From NCBI GenBank assembly GCA_965603825.1, contig CBFDEM010000002.1, positions 124,001-188,000 of the forward strand: DNA of 64,000 bases, read 5' to 3'. The notes below the pieces were generated by a model. That model did not search any database. It worked only from the letters and a program-made list of their open reading frames with translations, and was not told the origin of the DNA. The stretch's first letter is position 1; each line of letters begins with the position of its first letter. Below are positions 23,837-35,677 of the stretch, in pieces. The DNA is from Blepharisma stoltei ATCC 30299. Lineage: Eukaryota > Protista > Ciliophora. The position numbers and the translations under genes were made by a program.

Positions 23837-23913
23837 AGTCCAACCTGTAAAGCGATTTTCTTTGTTCCAGGTGAATTCTCCATAGCGAACAAGAACTAAC
23901 TGATAGGTGCCAT
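23837..23913 (-). pseudogene. 5' fragment of cofactor-dependent phosphoglycerate mutase
   Basis: ATG GCA CC (frameshift), then [23 protein letters not shown], compare dPGM LVLxRHGESxWNxENRFTGWxD. Confidence 0.85.
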
Positions 23914-24720
23914 TAAATATTTATTATTTAGATATTTTGATAGTTATATTAAGCTATAAAATTTGAGATAATTTTAATAATTATTATGCAGGCATTTTAA
24001 AAACAGCTTTGCTTTTATAAATAGGTGGATGTGGCAGACTGTGCTCATATATTTTAGTATGCAGCAAATTATTCAGTATTGAACTCAAATGTTTCAGCAT
24101 GGTACTTAATATGAAACTTATATCGCAGATATATAAAATAGTTAGTTAAAAATAGTAAGCTTGCGCAACAAAAATATCAAAATATTTTAAACAATAAACA
24201 TTTAAATGCCTTTTTATATTTTATTTTCTGAGCCAAGCCTTATAAATGCAATTAAATGGCAATTAAGTTAAATTTATTTTACCACTTAAACCTTTATGAG
24301 CATATTCAAAATGCTACAGGTTTTTTGCATTAGGCTAACTTGAAAACCTGAGTGATTAGCATATCCCTCTCAATTTTCACGAAATCAATGTTTTAGTGCC
24401 ATTTCTAATTTTTGCAAATAAAATATTTTCAAGAACTTAAAAGTCTCCTATATTAAGACATTGGGCACTTAAAAATTTATTTCGAAATTAATATGAATAA
24501 GTATTAATTATGATTCATTTTAAATTAAGGGCATGCAGTTAATCTGATCATTTCTGAATCAAAGAAAAATCACTCTTCGACAGCTAAAATAAATTTCAGA
24601 TACTTCAACTACCTAATGTCTCATGAATTTATTAGCTAGCTATTAAACTTGTATTTAATTAATTACACTGCATTTAATTGCATAAATTAAAAATCTCTGC
24701 TCACACATTTTAATAAGAAA

Positions 24721-26748
24721 ATGGTACTTAGGTCGCTGTGAAGACTTGGAAGAGCAGCTTCCAGGCTCAATTGTAGTGCTTCTCATCATACAAAATCTTT
24801 GTCCTTCCTGTCTTGTCAAGCGAGAATGCTCTCTTTTCGACCAATAAGATTTTTTGTTTCGCAATCCAATACTATTGAATCACTTCAAATAAGAGTAGCC
24901 CAGCTAGAGAAAGAGCAAGGAGATAATAGCTTAAGCCTAATAAGCCTCTATGATCAGCTTGGAAATGCCTTTATAGGCATGGGAGACTCAATAATAGCAG
25001 CCACATATTTTGAAAATGCTATAAAAATCATTGAAAAACAGCAACAAAGAGATCTCGATAGCCTTAAAACTAGATACATAGATCTAGGCTCTATGTATCT
25101 AGAGATAAAAGATGCAGGGAAAGCTCTCAAATTTTTTGAAAAATCGTTACAATTAGCCAAAGAAATGCAAGGAGATAATAGTAAAGAAATTGCTATAGCC
25201 CTAAATTATTTATCAGTGGCTCATAAGCTTAACACCGACGATGAAAAATATAATGAATGCTTAGATCTAGCTTTACCTTACATGCAAAAAAATATTAATA
25301 GTAATGATGCGCAGATAGGTCTTTATTTCATTGTGCGCAGCGAAGCACTCGCTTTAAAAAATAAAGTTAATGAGTCAATTGATTGCTTATATACATCTAG
25401 AAAAATAATTGAGCGATCATTGGGGCCAATATCAAATGAGCTTGCTTTAATAGACAGAAATATGGCATTTCTATACTTAAAATTTGGAATGGCGAAAGAG
25501 TCTATAGACGCCTTTGAGCGTGCTATCCATGCTTTGCAAACTTTAAAAATTTTTGATGAGAGCCTTATAGAGCTTTATAGGAATCTAGCCTACCTTTACA
25601 AACGAATAAATAATTTAAAAAAATCTAAAGAAACTATAGAAAAAGGAGCAGAAGCCGTTAAAAAGATGAAAGGAGATAAGAAAAAACTTCTCGCAATATA
25701 CTATAATTTTGTAGGATATGATTTTAAAGTTTTAGGAGATATAGAAACAAGCAAGGAATGCATTCATAAATCATTATAATTATTTGAAACCTTGGAAATA
25801 GAAAACACAAAACAGATGGGAATTTGCTACCAAAACTTTTCAATGTATGCTTAAGATTGCAATGATAATGATAAAGCCATAGAATATGCCCAAAAAGCCT
25901 TAGAAATCAAACGAGCTACAGGATTTAGCCCTGGCGAAATCGCCAATTCTATAATAGCAATTGGCCAATGGTACATTTTTAAAGGGGAGTTAAATACAGC
26001 TGAGTCTTATTTAATAGAAGCCAAACAGTTATTAGAAGATAAAAACGTTAAGGATGAAACTGCTTGAGACTTCTGCTTGACAGGATTTGCACTTTTATAC
26101 AAAGCGCAAGAGAAAGATGCAGAAGCTCTTGAAACTTTCCAAAAAGTGGTTGAAATCAAGCGCAGGGCTTATGGCGATGTTCATGGGACTTTTGGTGAGG
26201 TTTATTCTAGTATAGGGCAACTCTATGAAAAATCAAATCGCATGCAGGAAGCTATTGAAGAGTATAAAAAAGCTATCGATGCAAATATAAAAGCATATGG
26301 AAGAGACCATCCAAAAACTTATCAATATCTCAGTCAATTAGGATCTGCTTATAGAACTGTTGGAAAAATTCAAGAAGCTATGGAAGCTCATAATGACGCT
26401 CTTGAGATAGGACTTACTTTATTTGGAGAAAATGATTTTAATACTGGATTTATTTATAGCGGCCTTGCTAAAGATTACAGAGATTTGCAATTTTGGGACA
26501 AATCAATTCAACTCCACAATAAAGCAATAAATATTTATAAGCAATGCTATGATAGAAATCGAGATTTTGAGCAATATTATTGAAGCGAATTATATTGTCT
26601 TGGGGAAACATATGAAGCGAAAGGTGATATTATCAATGCATTGCAAAATTATCCAAAAGTGAAAGGCTTCTATAATGACACATACGGAGAAAATCATGAG
26701 TTTGTTGCAGAAATTCAGACAAAAATTGATAGTATTAAAGCAACTTAA
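24721..26748 (+). pseudogene. Kinesin-light-chain-type TPR repeat gene with two in-frame TAA codons
   Basis: One frame from ATG 24721 to TAA 26746-26748; TAA at 25777 and 25852 with no 15/16-nt GT-AG around them; Arg/Ser-rich presequence-like N-terminus. Confidence 0.7.
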
Positions 26749-27497
26749 AATATATTTATTTTTTTAAAAATAATAGTTCTTTGAGTGAAAGCTTTAAACA
26801 ATATAAAGCTTTTAGAAATAAGAAAATGCCATAAAATAATTCAGTTAACTTCAAAATAAATATCCTGCCTTGTGATTATCATTTTTTTAGTCCTATATAA
26901 TTTATAATTTTAGATTTCAACTACCAAAATAAATGACTCAATTTAAGTGAAAGTTTATGAATTAGTAACAGCTTGCAGCACTGCCTAAGTTTTAGATAAG
27001 CTGCTAGTGCTCTCGAGTGCCTCGCTCTCAAAATTCTTCAATTTGAAGAAGCTAGATACCAGCCTTTTAAGCATTGCCTTAGCCTATATTTTCTTCGTGT
27101 TTGGCTCAAGGCAGGAAATAGAGCGAATTTAAACTAATCCCAGTTGTTTCTACATTGCATTAATAAGTTATTTAAAGCTTAAACTGGTTTATCTTAAATC
27201 AACGCTAATGCTGTTTTACAGTAGACATTTTTTAAATTATCAATTTTTAACACTATTTTAAATTATAGATTTAATTTATAAATATTATTTCTCAAGAGCA
27301 AGTGGAATATTTTAAATGATCTATAAGCGTTCTCATTACTAAAATTAGGAGTAAAAGAAATTAGATAGTTTAGCAGCAAATTCGATTAATATTAAATAAC
27401 CATTCACAGCTATAATTCTAAAATGGTTTTCAGATCTTTGTGCAGATTAGGAAGAATATTGGAATTAATTAATAGAAAAATTATATTATAATTTTCA

Positions 27498-29090
27498 TTA
27501 GACCACCAGATTCGCCAAAAACAGTCTCTTTTTAGGACACGTCAAAGTCTTTTGTGCTACTTTTCTTGACTGGATACTATAGTTAGGAATTTCAGCAAAA
27601 TTCTCACTTCCTGACGGCAGCAGCTGAAATTTCGTAAAAGTCACCACAGCTCTGATACTCATCGTGATCGGTATATCAAGTTTAATAGGAAAAGAGTTAA
27701 TTGGCACTATATTAGTCAGATTTTCACTTGACAAAAATTTATAAAGCTTCATCATTGTTGAGCTTGAGGTACTTAAAAGTTTTAATATAGGCAAAAATTT
27801 GTTTAACGAAAATGGGAATTCCTCACTAATCCACATATGGGCTTTTGAATTTTTCACAAGGTTTTTATTAATATCACATTTAGCTTCAGCTTGAGGCAGG
27901 TGGTGCTCGAAATTGCTGGACTCAGAAAAATCTGTGCCTAATATTTCAAAGTATCGGTTTTCAGATAATGGGACTTGCTCTACCCCTTTTTTCTTATACT
28001 TAAATAATGCTTTAAAATCCACTTTGAATTTCTGGGAGTTTCATTGGCTTATTTTTGTTTTAACCGGTTTTCCTCTTCAAGATAAACAAGGCTCGACTGT
28101 ATACGAAATAAAAGATAAATCTCCTTGTATAGGCTCAGATTTCAAAATATCTCCAATCACCGCTAACTTTTCTTCAGGGTCGATATCTTCAAGAGGGTTA
28201 ACAAGAGTTTTTTTGGAATGATTTGCGACGATTAAATCGGTCACTGAATTTCTCTTATCACCTAGAGCGTTATTTTTAAAGAAAAATGACATGTTTCTTC
28301 GCTTAGATTTTAATTTTTTTCACCCTACAAGAGTTGTGTCGAGCCGAAAGGATTTTCCGACTTTTCAGAGCTTGCAGGTGTCGTTAGGAGTGAAATGGCC
28401 GATAAGTGGAATGACCTTGCTGTCGAATTCTCACTTGATTTCTAAATAAAAATCAGGGAGGCTTTCGAGTGCTTCTAGGGCTAAATGGCGATTGATTTCT
28501 CATTTTTTCATTTTTTCTTCGTGGAAGTATTCGAATAAAATTCCAACGATTTCGCTGTTTTTCTGAGCCACTGCTTCGTCCATAACACTTCAGCCATTAT
28601 GATCTTTTATATGTGGATCGGCACCGCTTCTAAGAAGTAGGCGGATGATATCAATAAAATCTCTCTTCGATTGAGCTAGCTTAATTGCTAGCATTAGAGG
28701 TGTATTTTCATGATGATCTTGGAAGTTAATTATTTCTGGCAGATTCAGAGGTTTGCAGTTAATCAACTCTCTAAGCATTTTCAGCTCGCACCGATATATC
28801 ATTGCATGAATATAATAGGGATGTGATGAAACAAGTGAATTGAGCTTAGAATTTAGCCGCTTATGGTGTTTTTTGAATATTTTATGATGCTTTAATTTTG
28901 GAAAAGACAGCACTGAGACATCTGTAATAGCATGGTCTACAACTTCTGAGTCAGGGACTTCCAGGTCACTATCTGATATAGAAGTAAGATTATTGCTTTC
29001 AATTTCATTGTGTAATAACTTTTCGCTGTTTGCAAGTGTTCGAGAACTTGGTACTATGCTCGAATCCCAATCTTCATAAATCAAGCTCAT
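27498..29090 (-). CDS. ANKRD13-family protein (ankyrin repeats plus GPCR-chaperone domain)
   Basis: NTPLMLAI..GADP, LPDFYLEIKWEF, FRLDTTLVGW, FPIKLDIP; joined through TGA. Confidence 0.85.
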
Positions 29091-29309
29091 TCTCTTTTTT
29101 CTTATATTTAAACTCAGTATATAATTATTTGAATTTTAGATTCAGATGAAATCAGTCAATAATTTAAAGCTAAATTCCCTGATTTCTATAAGAAGACATT
29201 TATTTTATACATCAGACACTAAACGTCTGGTTATAATTTTTTCTAATTTATATCAGCTATAAATAATTTAAATCTCTATAAATATTAGAAAATAATCTTA
29301 ATTAAATTC

Positions 29310-31282
29310 TTATTTCTGATCTTGAAAATGATGAGGCTCAGCTCCAGTCGGAGGATAATAAGTCGCTACCCCAAGTCCAAATTGCTGTGACTGCAAATTT
29401 TTCTGTCTCACAGGATTTGAGTTCTTCCATTCTTGAAAATTCGGGATTGGCCTGCCTTGATATTGAAAATCATGTATAAAATGGCAGTTATCTCCTCTTT
29501 CACAACCTTCACCAGAATGAAACTTTTTGCATGGCACCGTTCTGTAATTTTGTGGTTTTTTAGTGATAGGATTAAACAAAACTCTTTTTTGTGAAGAAAA
29601 CAAGTTATATGGATCTACAGGGCTCATTCCTGGCATTTGATTAAAAACTGGCTGAGGAGGAATCGGCTGCATTTGTGGCATTATTGGCTGCATAGGAATA
29701 ATTGTAGGCTGCCCAGACATAGGTGCCATCATAGGTCTTCCAGGCATCTGTGCCTGAGGCATCATCAGTTGTGACTGAGGAATTAAAGGTTGTGACTGAG
29801 GCATCATAGGCTGTGGTTGAGGCATCATAGGAGGATGCATCATATGTGTAGAAATATTTGGCATTGAGCTTGGAGGCGCTGGAGGCATCGGAGGTAGCAA
29901 AGGAATGTTAAACAGCGACGCTCCAGGATAAGAAGGAACTGGCTGTGCTGGAGGAGGCTGCACATATGGATTAAAATATTCATTCCCTCCTATTTGTGTA
30001 CCTAAATCAATTATCGCAGGAGGGTAAGAACCAGGCTATTTAGTTTTTACTTTGAATAAAGGTATAATTTGGATATCATTATTGTAAAAAGCATTATTGT
30101 TTTGCTGAGCAGGGTCTCTAGGAACCACTGGGATATCGTTATCTTTCTGGTAAATAACTCTTAGCATGGCTTTCTCACGGTTCATCTGCTCGCTGGCTTC
30201 TCCGCTTTCTGGCTTAGCATGTTGTGAATTATTAATTTTGATTCCTGCATATTTAATACTGAAAAGACTGGTATAATTTATTCTAGGCGCCATATTCGCT
30301 AGCGTTATTTTCAGCTGACTTGACCGTTCTTTTTCCTGAATTTCTTTTACTTTTCGGTTCAGCTCGCGTTCCATTTGGGTTTCTCGTCGTCTGAAGTCTT
30401 CGACGTTCAGAGTTCGCGTGTCTTCTAGCTCGCTTGGGCGGTCTTGAGGTCGAAATGATGCACATTTTGCAGAGGGTTCGTCGTTCTTATAGAAGTACTT
30501 GACACTCTCCAAACGTTCTTCATCGACCCATCTATTACAATTAGTCTTAGTCCATTTAAAGTATTAACATACCTCACTTTTTTCTTAATAGGAGTATTGT
30601 CGTCGATAATGTCCATTAAAGGTTGCGCCACATATTGTGGAGGAGATTCAATAGGTTTTTCTTGAGGAGGACTCGCTGGGATATAGACCTCCTCAATGTT
30701 TTCAGAAGTTTCTATTTTTTCTTCGATTTTTTGTCTGTGTTATACTTACTTCTTCGGCAATGGAATTTTAGTTTCTTTGCTTTTTGGCTTTGAAGGTCGC
30801 TTGGGCTCTTCAGGGGCTATCACATTTTTTTTCCATTTAGATACAATAGTTCCTGCCTTGGCCTGGATGCTTGCATCAGGGTGCTTGTGTAAGCTATTGA
30901 CAATTTTCCCGATTTCTGTTTTGTCAAGGATTTCTAAAGTGATATTGAGCTTGTTCAGGCACGATAATGAGCTATGAATCACTTGCTTGTCCTCCTGCTC
31001 CAAACTGTGTTTGTGTTCTTTTAGTCAGTTCCCTAATATTTCGATTCCACCCAGCTGAATAAACCTGGTCAGGGTGGCCTTGTCGTTCTGAGGTGTTTTA
31101 AGCAAAACTTGGAGAAGAAACTCTTTGCCTTCGGTGTTTACTGTTTCTTTCATCAAATCTACCAGTCTGCCGACCCATCTGGTTTCTCCTAGTCCTCCAC
31201 TTGGTGATAACATGTCTCTGAGCTGACTTTCAAGCTGAACAACTGCAGCAGATCGCTTCATATCCACTATTTTTATTACCAT
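29310..31282 (-). CDS. PNUTS/PPP1R10-like PP1 regulator: TFIIS-N domain, RVxF motif, Pro/Met-rich region, CCCH finger (introns 30735-30749, 30532-30572, 30036-30050)
   Basis: GGIEILGNWL..LDKTEIGKIVNSL..IVSKWK; KKKVR|WVDEERLESVKYFY; YRTVPCKKFHSGEGCERGDNCHFIH. Confidence 0.8.
30036..30050 (-). other. 15-nt intron
   Basis: GTAAAAACTAAATAG; in-frame TAG. Confidence 0.85.
30532..30572 (-). other. Unusually long 41-nt intron
   Basis: GTATGTTAAT...GACTAAGACTAATTGTAATAG; removal fixes the frameshift and creates KKVRW. Confidence 0.75.
30735..30749 (-). other. 15-nt intron
   Basis: GTAAGTATAACACAG; removes an in-frame TAA. Confidence 0.9.
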
Positions 31283-31499
31283 TTATCGCCCGCGATTTAT
31301 GTCAATTATAATTCTATCAGAAGTAAAATTCAATGTGATTAGTTATCTAAAATTTAAACACAAAAGCTTATTTTATGCTGCATCATTCTATCTTGCGCTA
31401 TAAAAAGAGTCACTAATTATATAAAAATTCATTAATCAGAGTCTTAAAGCATTAATAGCGATATGAAGTTATGTATTTGCAAGAATTGACAGAAAAAAA

Positions 31500-33215
31500 T
31501 TAGTAATTATTTTGAAAATAATTTATAAACATCTGTGTCTTTGTAATTAATTCTAAAAAATTCCAATCACCTTTAGGAAAAACTGCCTTTAGAGACTCTA
31601 GTTGCTCTTTTGGGTCTGATGAATCTAAAGAGTTGTTTATGATTTCGCTTCAAAATAGATTAAATGACTGATAAATTTCAAGTGATGCTTCTTTTTGTGC
31701 TTCTTTTGGATTGAATATGTATTTGTTATTTTCAAAACATTTGTATGTATCTTTAATAGTATTTCTCAATTCAAGAGCTTGAGGCTCAATTACGTCGTGA
31801 ACCACTGTTCGTCCTCCTTGGACTCTTTGGTTTATTTTTGGCTCATCAAGCATAACAAAAATAGTGTTTACAAGATCATGACGAATTCTTCAGCTTATAT
31901 TTTGTATCCCAGTTATTATAGGAACTGGCGAATCAAGAAGCTCTACTAAAGAGTCAGGAAGAATCGGAATAGTTACATTGGACCATTTCAATGGTCTCAG
32001 CATCGCTAAAGCTCCAAGCACACAAGATGTGACCAGCCCCAAATTTTCAGACACAAAAACAATCGATTTTTCCTGTGCTAATGCAAAAATCAGCCACAAA
32101 AAGTCTTGTAATGTAAGTGAAGAAAATAACGGAATGCACAGTCATGGGACATCAATCGTGCTAAGATCTCCACAGCAGTACCAAATTTCAATTAATCCTA
32201 CCTGGATTGAAATTTCTTTGCCTGGATGAATTTCGTCGCATTCCCAATAGTATCTTAACAATTCCACTTCATTTTCACATATTAAAGGCAAACTTTCTAT
32301 CGGATTTTCTGATCTACTCATTCCTTTTAATTTTAATAAAGAAAATAAAATTTCAAAATGAAGCTCAAAAATAGGAATATAACTAGCAATACAATAGCAT
32401 TTTGGCACCAGCCAGCCTAATTCGTTATTTTCTCCCATTTCAATATCATCTATCTGCACACAAAGTATATATAAAGCGTCTTTCGAATAATTCGGAATCC
32501 CTCTCCATACGTCAATATCTTCATATTCTTCAGACCGTAATGTAAAAATATAACAATTTGGCCTTCTATTTGAGGCTTGGCTGAATAAAATCGATGCATA
32601 TTCAGATGATTTTGCAAAGGTCAGCTGGGTCATTTCAATTTGTGAAGGAAAACAAAAATCAGGGATTACGTGCCTTATAGCGTCAGATATAGAAGAACTT
32701 TCTTCAGGGTACTCAAATAATATAGAAGGTTTTACATTAGGATTCCCTAGATCTGATTTTGTGACGCCAACGAGAAAGAAAGCTTCATAGATGCCGGGGT
32801 CTGAATAAGCGTCAGCTATTCCTTCATCTGCATTGGCAGGGGAAGGCTTGTCAGACATTTTGTGAATTGGAGTTAAGCCTGAAGGACTTGAGATGGGAGA
32901 ATTATGGTCTTCTCCTCTGAGAGTTGAAAAGAGAGAATTGATGTTTGGCCGCCGTGTGAAAATGGTTTTAGCGAAGTCATTTATTGCTTGGGATGATAGT
33001 TCTGGAGGGGAAAGTTCTTGAGAATTCCTTAGCATCTTCTTTAATTTTTTGGTTTCTCTACGCAGTGATTTGATTTGTTCAGCATCTTGCAGCCTTCCTT
33101 GTAGTGACAGTTCGTAGTTTTGTTTTAACAGATTGTGCTCATTTTCCAGTTGATGATATTCCCTTGAAAGCTGTCTATATTTATTTTTCCAATATTCTTT
33201 ACGATCTCCTTCCAT
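31500..33215 (-). CDS. DENN-domain Rab GEF
   Basis: FFLVG, IPDFCFP, KCYCIAS, EKSIVFVSENLGLVTSCV, IPILPDSLVELLDSPVPIITG, TQMF; 572 codons with TGA=Trp. Confidence 0.85.
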
Positions 33216-33409
33216 CTTGATAAAATTATAATTTTTTCTTGGAAGTCTTTAAAATCGTTTTGTTTAATTTAAAAGTCTGATCAAAAACAAGTCTTTTAAA
33301 TTAAAAAAAGGTTTTGAAATTAATTATTTGCAAATTCAAAATGAAGCTAATAGAAAAACATTGGTTAAAATGGTGATTTTGCATATTAGAATTAATTTTT
33401 GTATTGGCA

Positions 33410-34243
33410 ATGCTAGATTCTCGTCTTAAAAGGCTCAGGACAACTTTCCAATTAAAATGTGACACTTCAAAGATTACTTTAGATTCCACAATAAAAGGAA
33501 CCCCACGGACCGCATCTGAAATTTTCCCAGACCTCACACCAGCCACATCGTCATTTATACCAGAAACCCCTAAAACCGCAAAACTTGACGGCCACGAGTA
33601 CATGAAAAGGAAAATGTTCAAAAGAAAAACAATTGAGCCTGATTCCTTTGGTGATAGCCACATGCGAAGTTTAAAACGCAAACTGACTGTACTAGAAGAA
33701 TTCGGATTGCCTAATGATATAGTTGTCAAGCCAGGTCTAAAAAAATTTGACTCAGAGTCCTCAAATGGCCTATCACGAAGATCAATCACCATGGCCGATT
33801 TCTGGGGAAATAAAGTTGCACAAAGCCTTCTATCGTCTCCAAAACTCAGACAAGCAGCCAATACCCTTAAGCATAAATATTTAATACAAAACCGAGCTAC
33901 AGAGCATTCTTTACTTTACCCGAACCATCCCCGCAAAATGGACATCAGCACAGTCATCAGAGTCCAAAATCCAAACAGCTCTAATTCTCCAGTAAAACAG
34001 GAAATTCATAAGCCGCTTAAAACAGAAACTACCGAGCCTGTTTTCCATACTGCGAAAAGAATGAAAAAGCATAGAGAACTTTCTGCCATATACCAAATTA
34101 TGAAAAGCTGCGACGACCTGTATAAAGCAAGCCAAGAAAATTTCCAAAAATTGAATACTCAAAATTCAGAAGAGCCGAAAATCAAAAAATTACCAAGAAG
34201 GGATAAAGAGCAAATAGAGCGATTTAAAAAATATTTGGATTAA
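33410..34243 (+). CDS. Hypothetical basic protein
   Basis: 277-aa ORF with AT-rich flanks. Confidence 0.65.
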   Translation: MLDSRLKRLRTTFQLKCDTSKITLDSTIKGTPRTASEIFPDLTPATSSFIPETPKTAKLDGHEYMKRKMFKRKTIEPDSFGDSHMRSLKRKLTVLEEFGLPNDIVVKPGLKKFDSESSNGLSRRSITMADFWGNKVAQSLLSSPKLRQAANTLKHKYLIQNRATEHSLLYPNHPRKMDISTVIRVQNPNSSNSPVKQEIHKPLKTETTEPVFHTAKRMKKHRELSAIYQIMKSCDDLYKASQENFQKLNTQNSEEPKIKKLPRRDKEQIERFKKYLD

Positions 34244-34359
34244 TGTTTAATTAAACGATTAGAATTTTTTTAACACTAATTTTGGTATATTTGATATTTC
34301 TGGTTAAATTTTTGAAAACAAATTATAATAAAATTTTGATTAAATCTCAAAATACGAAT

Positions 34360-35085
34360 TTAATGCTGGTTTTCCTCTGCATCTTCTTCGCCTTTCAATT
34401 GGTTTATTTCATGTACTTCGTTCATGGGCTTACTGGCTTTGGTTCTCAAGGCGCCAGCAGCTCCTGCTGCGACCATCGTGCCTATGAGTGGAGCAAATGC
34501 ATAAACCCAGAGATGATCCAGGACTGAATCGTCTCCTGTATGAATATAGTGGATAATATTAAGTGTAATACACTGCGTTGGGTTAAAGCAGGCTCCTGAA
34601 ATCGGATGAGCCATGTTCGCCATAACCCATACAGTAATAATGACTGAAAAAATTGCAACCCAGTGAGGGTCTTTCCAAGTCTTCAAGTCTTTTATAATCA
34701 TCAAAGTCAAAATCAATTGACCAGTTCACACTACTTCAGTGAAAAATGCCTGGGCTTTGTCTTTATCAGGATTAATCAAAATTGCTAAGGTATCTCCTTC
34801 GACTGCCCAGCCGATCAGTCCACCTACCAAGTAGCCTAATATTTGAGTCATCATACAAAGGACAGTCTCAAGAGACTTAGTCCATGGATGATGAGTTTGG
34901 TTCAGCTCTCTGAAAAGACTGGCAAGACTGATGCACGGATTGAAGAAAGCAGCCCCAGCAGCTACGACACACATAAAGAGTCCCCATACAACCGCGATCC
35001 CGTTCCCTCCTGAGACATAAACAATGAAAGCCATCATCAAAGAGCCGTGAAATTCGACCATAGGCTTTAAATACAACTTCCCCAT
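34360..35085 (-). CDS. MIP/aquaporin-family channel with non-canonical NPC and NPT motifs
   Basis: VEFHGS, FFNPCISLA, TQILG, FFTEVVW(TGA), ISGACFNPTQ, LWVYAFAPLIG. Confidence 0.85.
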
Positions 35086-35481
35086 TTACTTATTATAAAA
35101 TCCATTCCTAATTTTAGCTGATTTGGTAAAATATCAAACAAATATTATTGATCATTGAAAAAGATAAGCAAATATCTACTTTGCCAGAATTGTAGTTTAA
35201 AAATATTGAAGGCTTTTTAAATGTGTCGGCTACTAAAAATAATTGTTATAAATAAAATTATAAAATTTCAAGATATTGGACAGTTATTCATCCTTTGCCA
35301 TTTTCTTAATCCTTTTAAGCAATTTTGTAGTCAAATATTGCCTCCATTTATTCGAATAATGCATCTGATAGGAATCAGTAAATGCGGCTGCTTACATGAT
35401 TTCAATAGACAGGCAATTAAAAATTAATTTTTATTGAAAATGCAAGAAGAATAAGAAATTTGTTTAGGGAAAATATAGAGT

Positions 35482-35534
35482 TCAGAAATTAAAATTTTAA
35501 TCAAAGATCATCGTGAACTATGGTAAGTCATCAT
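35482..35534 (-). ncRNA. Box C/D snoRNA 3 (candidate SSU guides)
   Basis: Box C ATGATGA, box D CTGA; TTACCATAGTT is complementary (one G-U) to recalled SSU AACUGUGGUAA. Confidence 0.6.
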
Positions 35535-35549
35535 AGAATTTTATTAAAA

Positions 35550-35604
35550 TCAGACAAATGCCTCATGAAATCAGATTTCATATTCGTCATCGTTTTGTCA
35601 TCAT
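35550..35604 (-). ncRNA. Box C/D snoRNA 2, U15/snR13/snR75-like LSU guide
   Basis: Boxes ATGATGA, D' ATGA, D CTGA; guides GATGACGA and GAGGCATTTG are complementary to LSU CAAAUGCCUCGUCAUC; the +5 rule gives the yeast Gm2288 and Am2281 equivalents. Confidence 0.85.
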
Positions 35605-35622
35605 ATGAAAATGTATAAAGTC

Positions 35623-35677
35623 TCAGATTGCAGTTAAAAAAGTCATCAATAGGCAGTCCGCCCGTTTTTATCTTCAT
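35623..35677 (-). ncRNA. Box C/D snoRNA 1, dual SSU guide (snR70/U43-like plus a second guide)
   Basis: Boxes ATGAAGA, D' CTGC, C' TTGATGA, D CTGA; ACGGGCGG is complementary to SSU CCGCCCGU and TTTTTAACTGCAA to SSU UUGCAGUUAAAAA. Confidence 0.8.

Noticed and set aside
26970-27170. Possible decayed coding fragment on the minus strand (RQCLKGWY..., Sfi1-repeat-like)
   Set aside because: Short, contains a stop, and the similarity is too weak to call
35221-35427. 68-aa ORF next to the snoRNA cluster
   Set aside because: No recognisable protein features; probably intergenic
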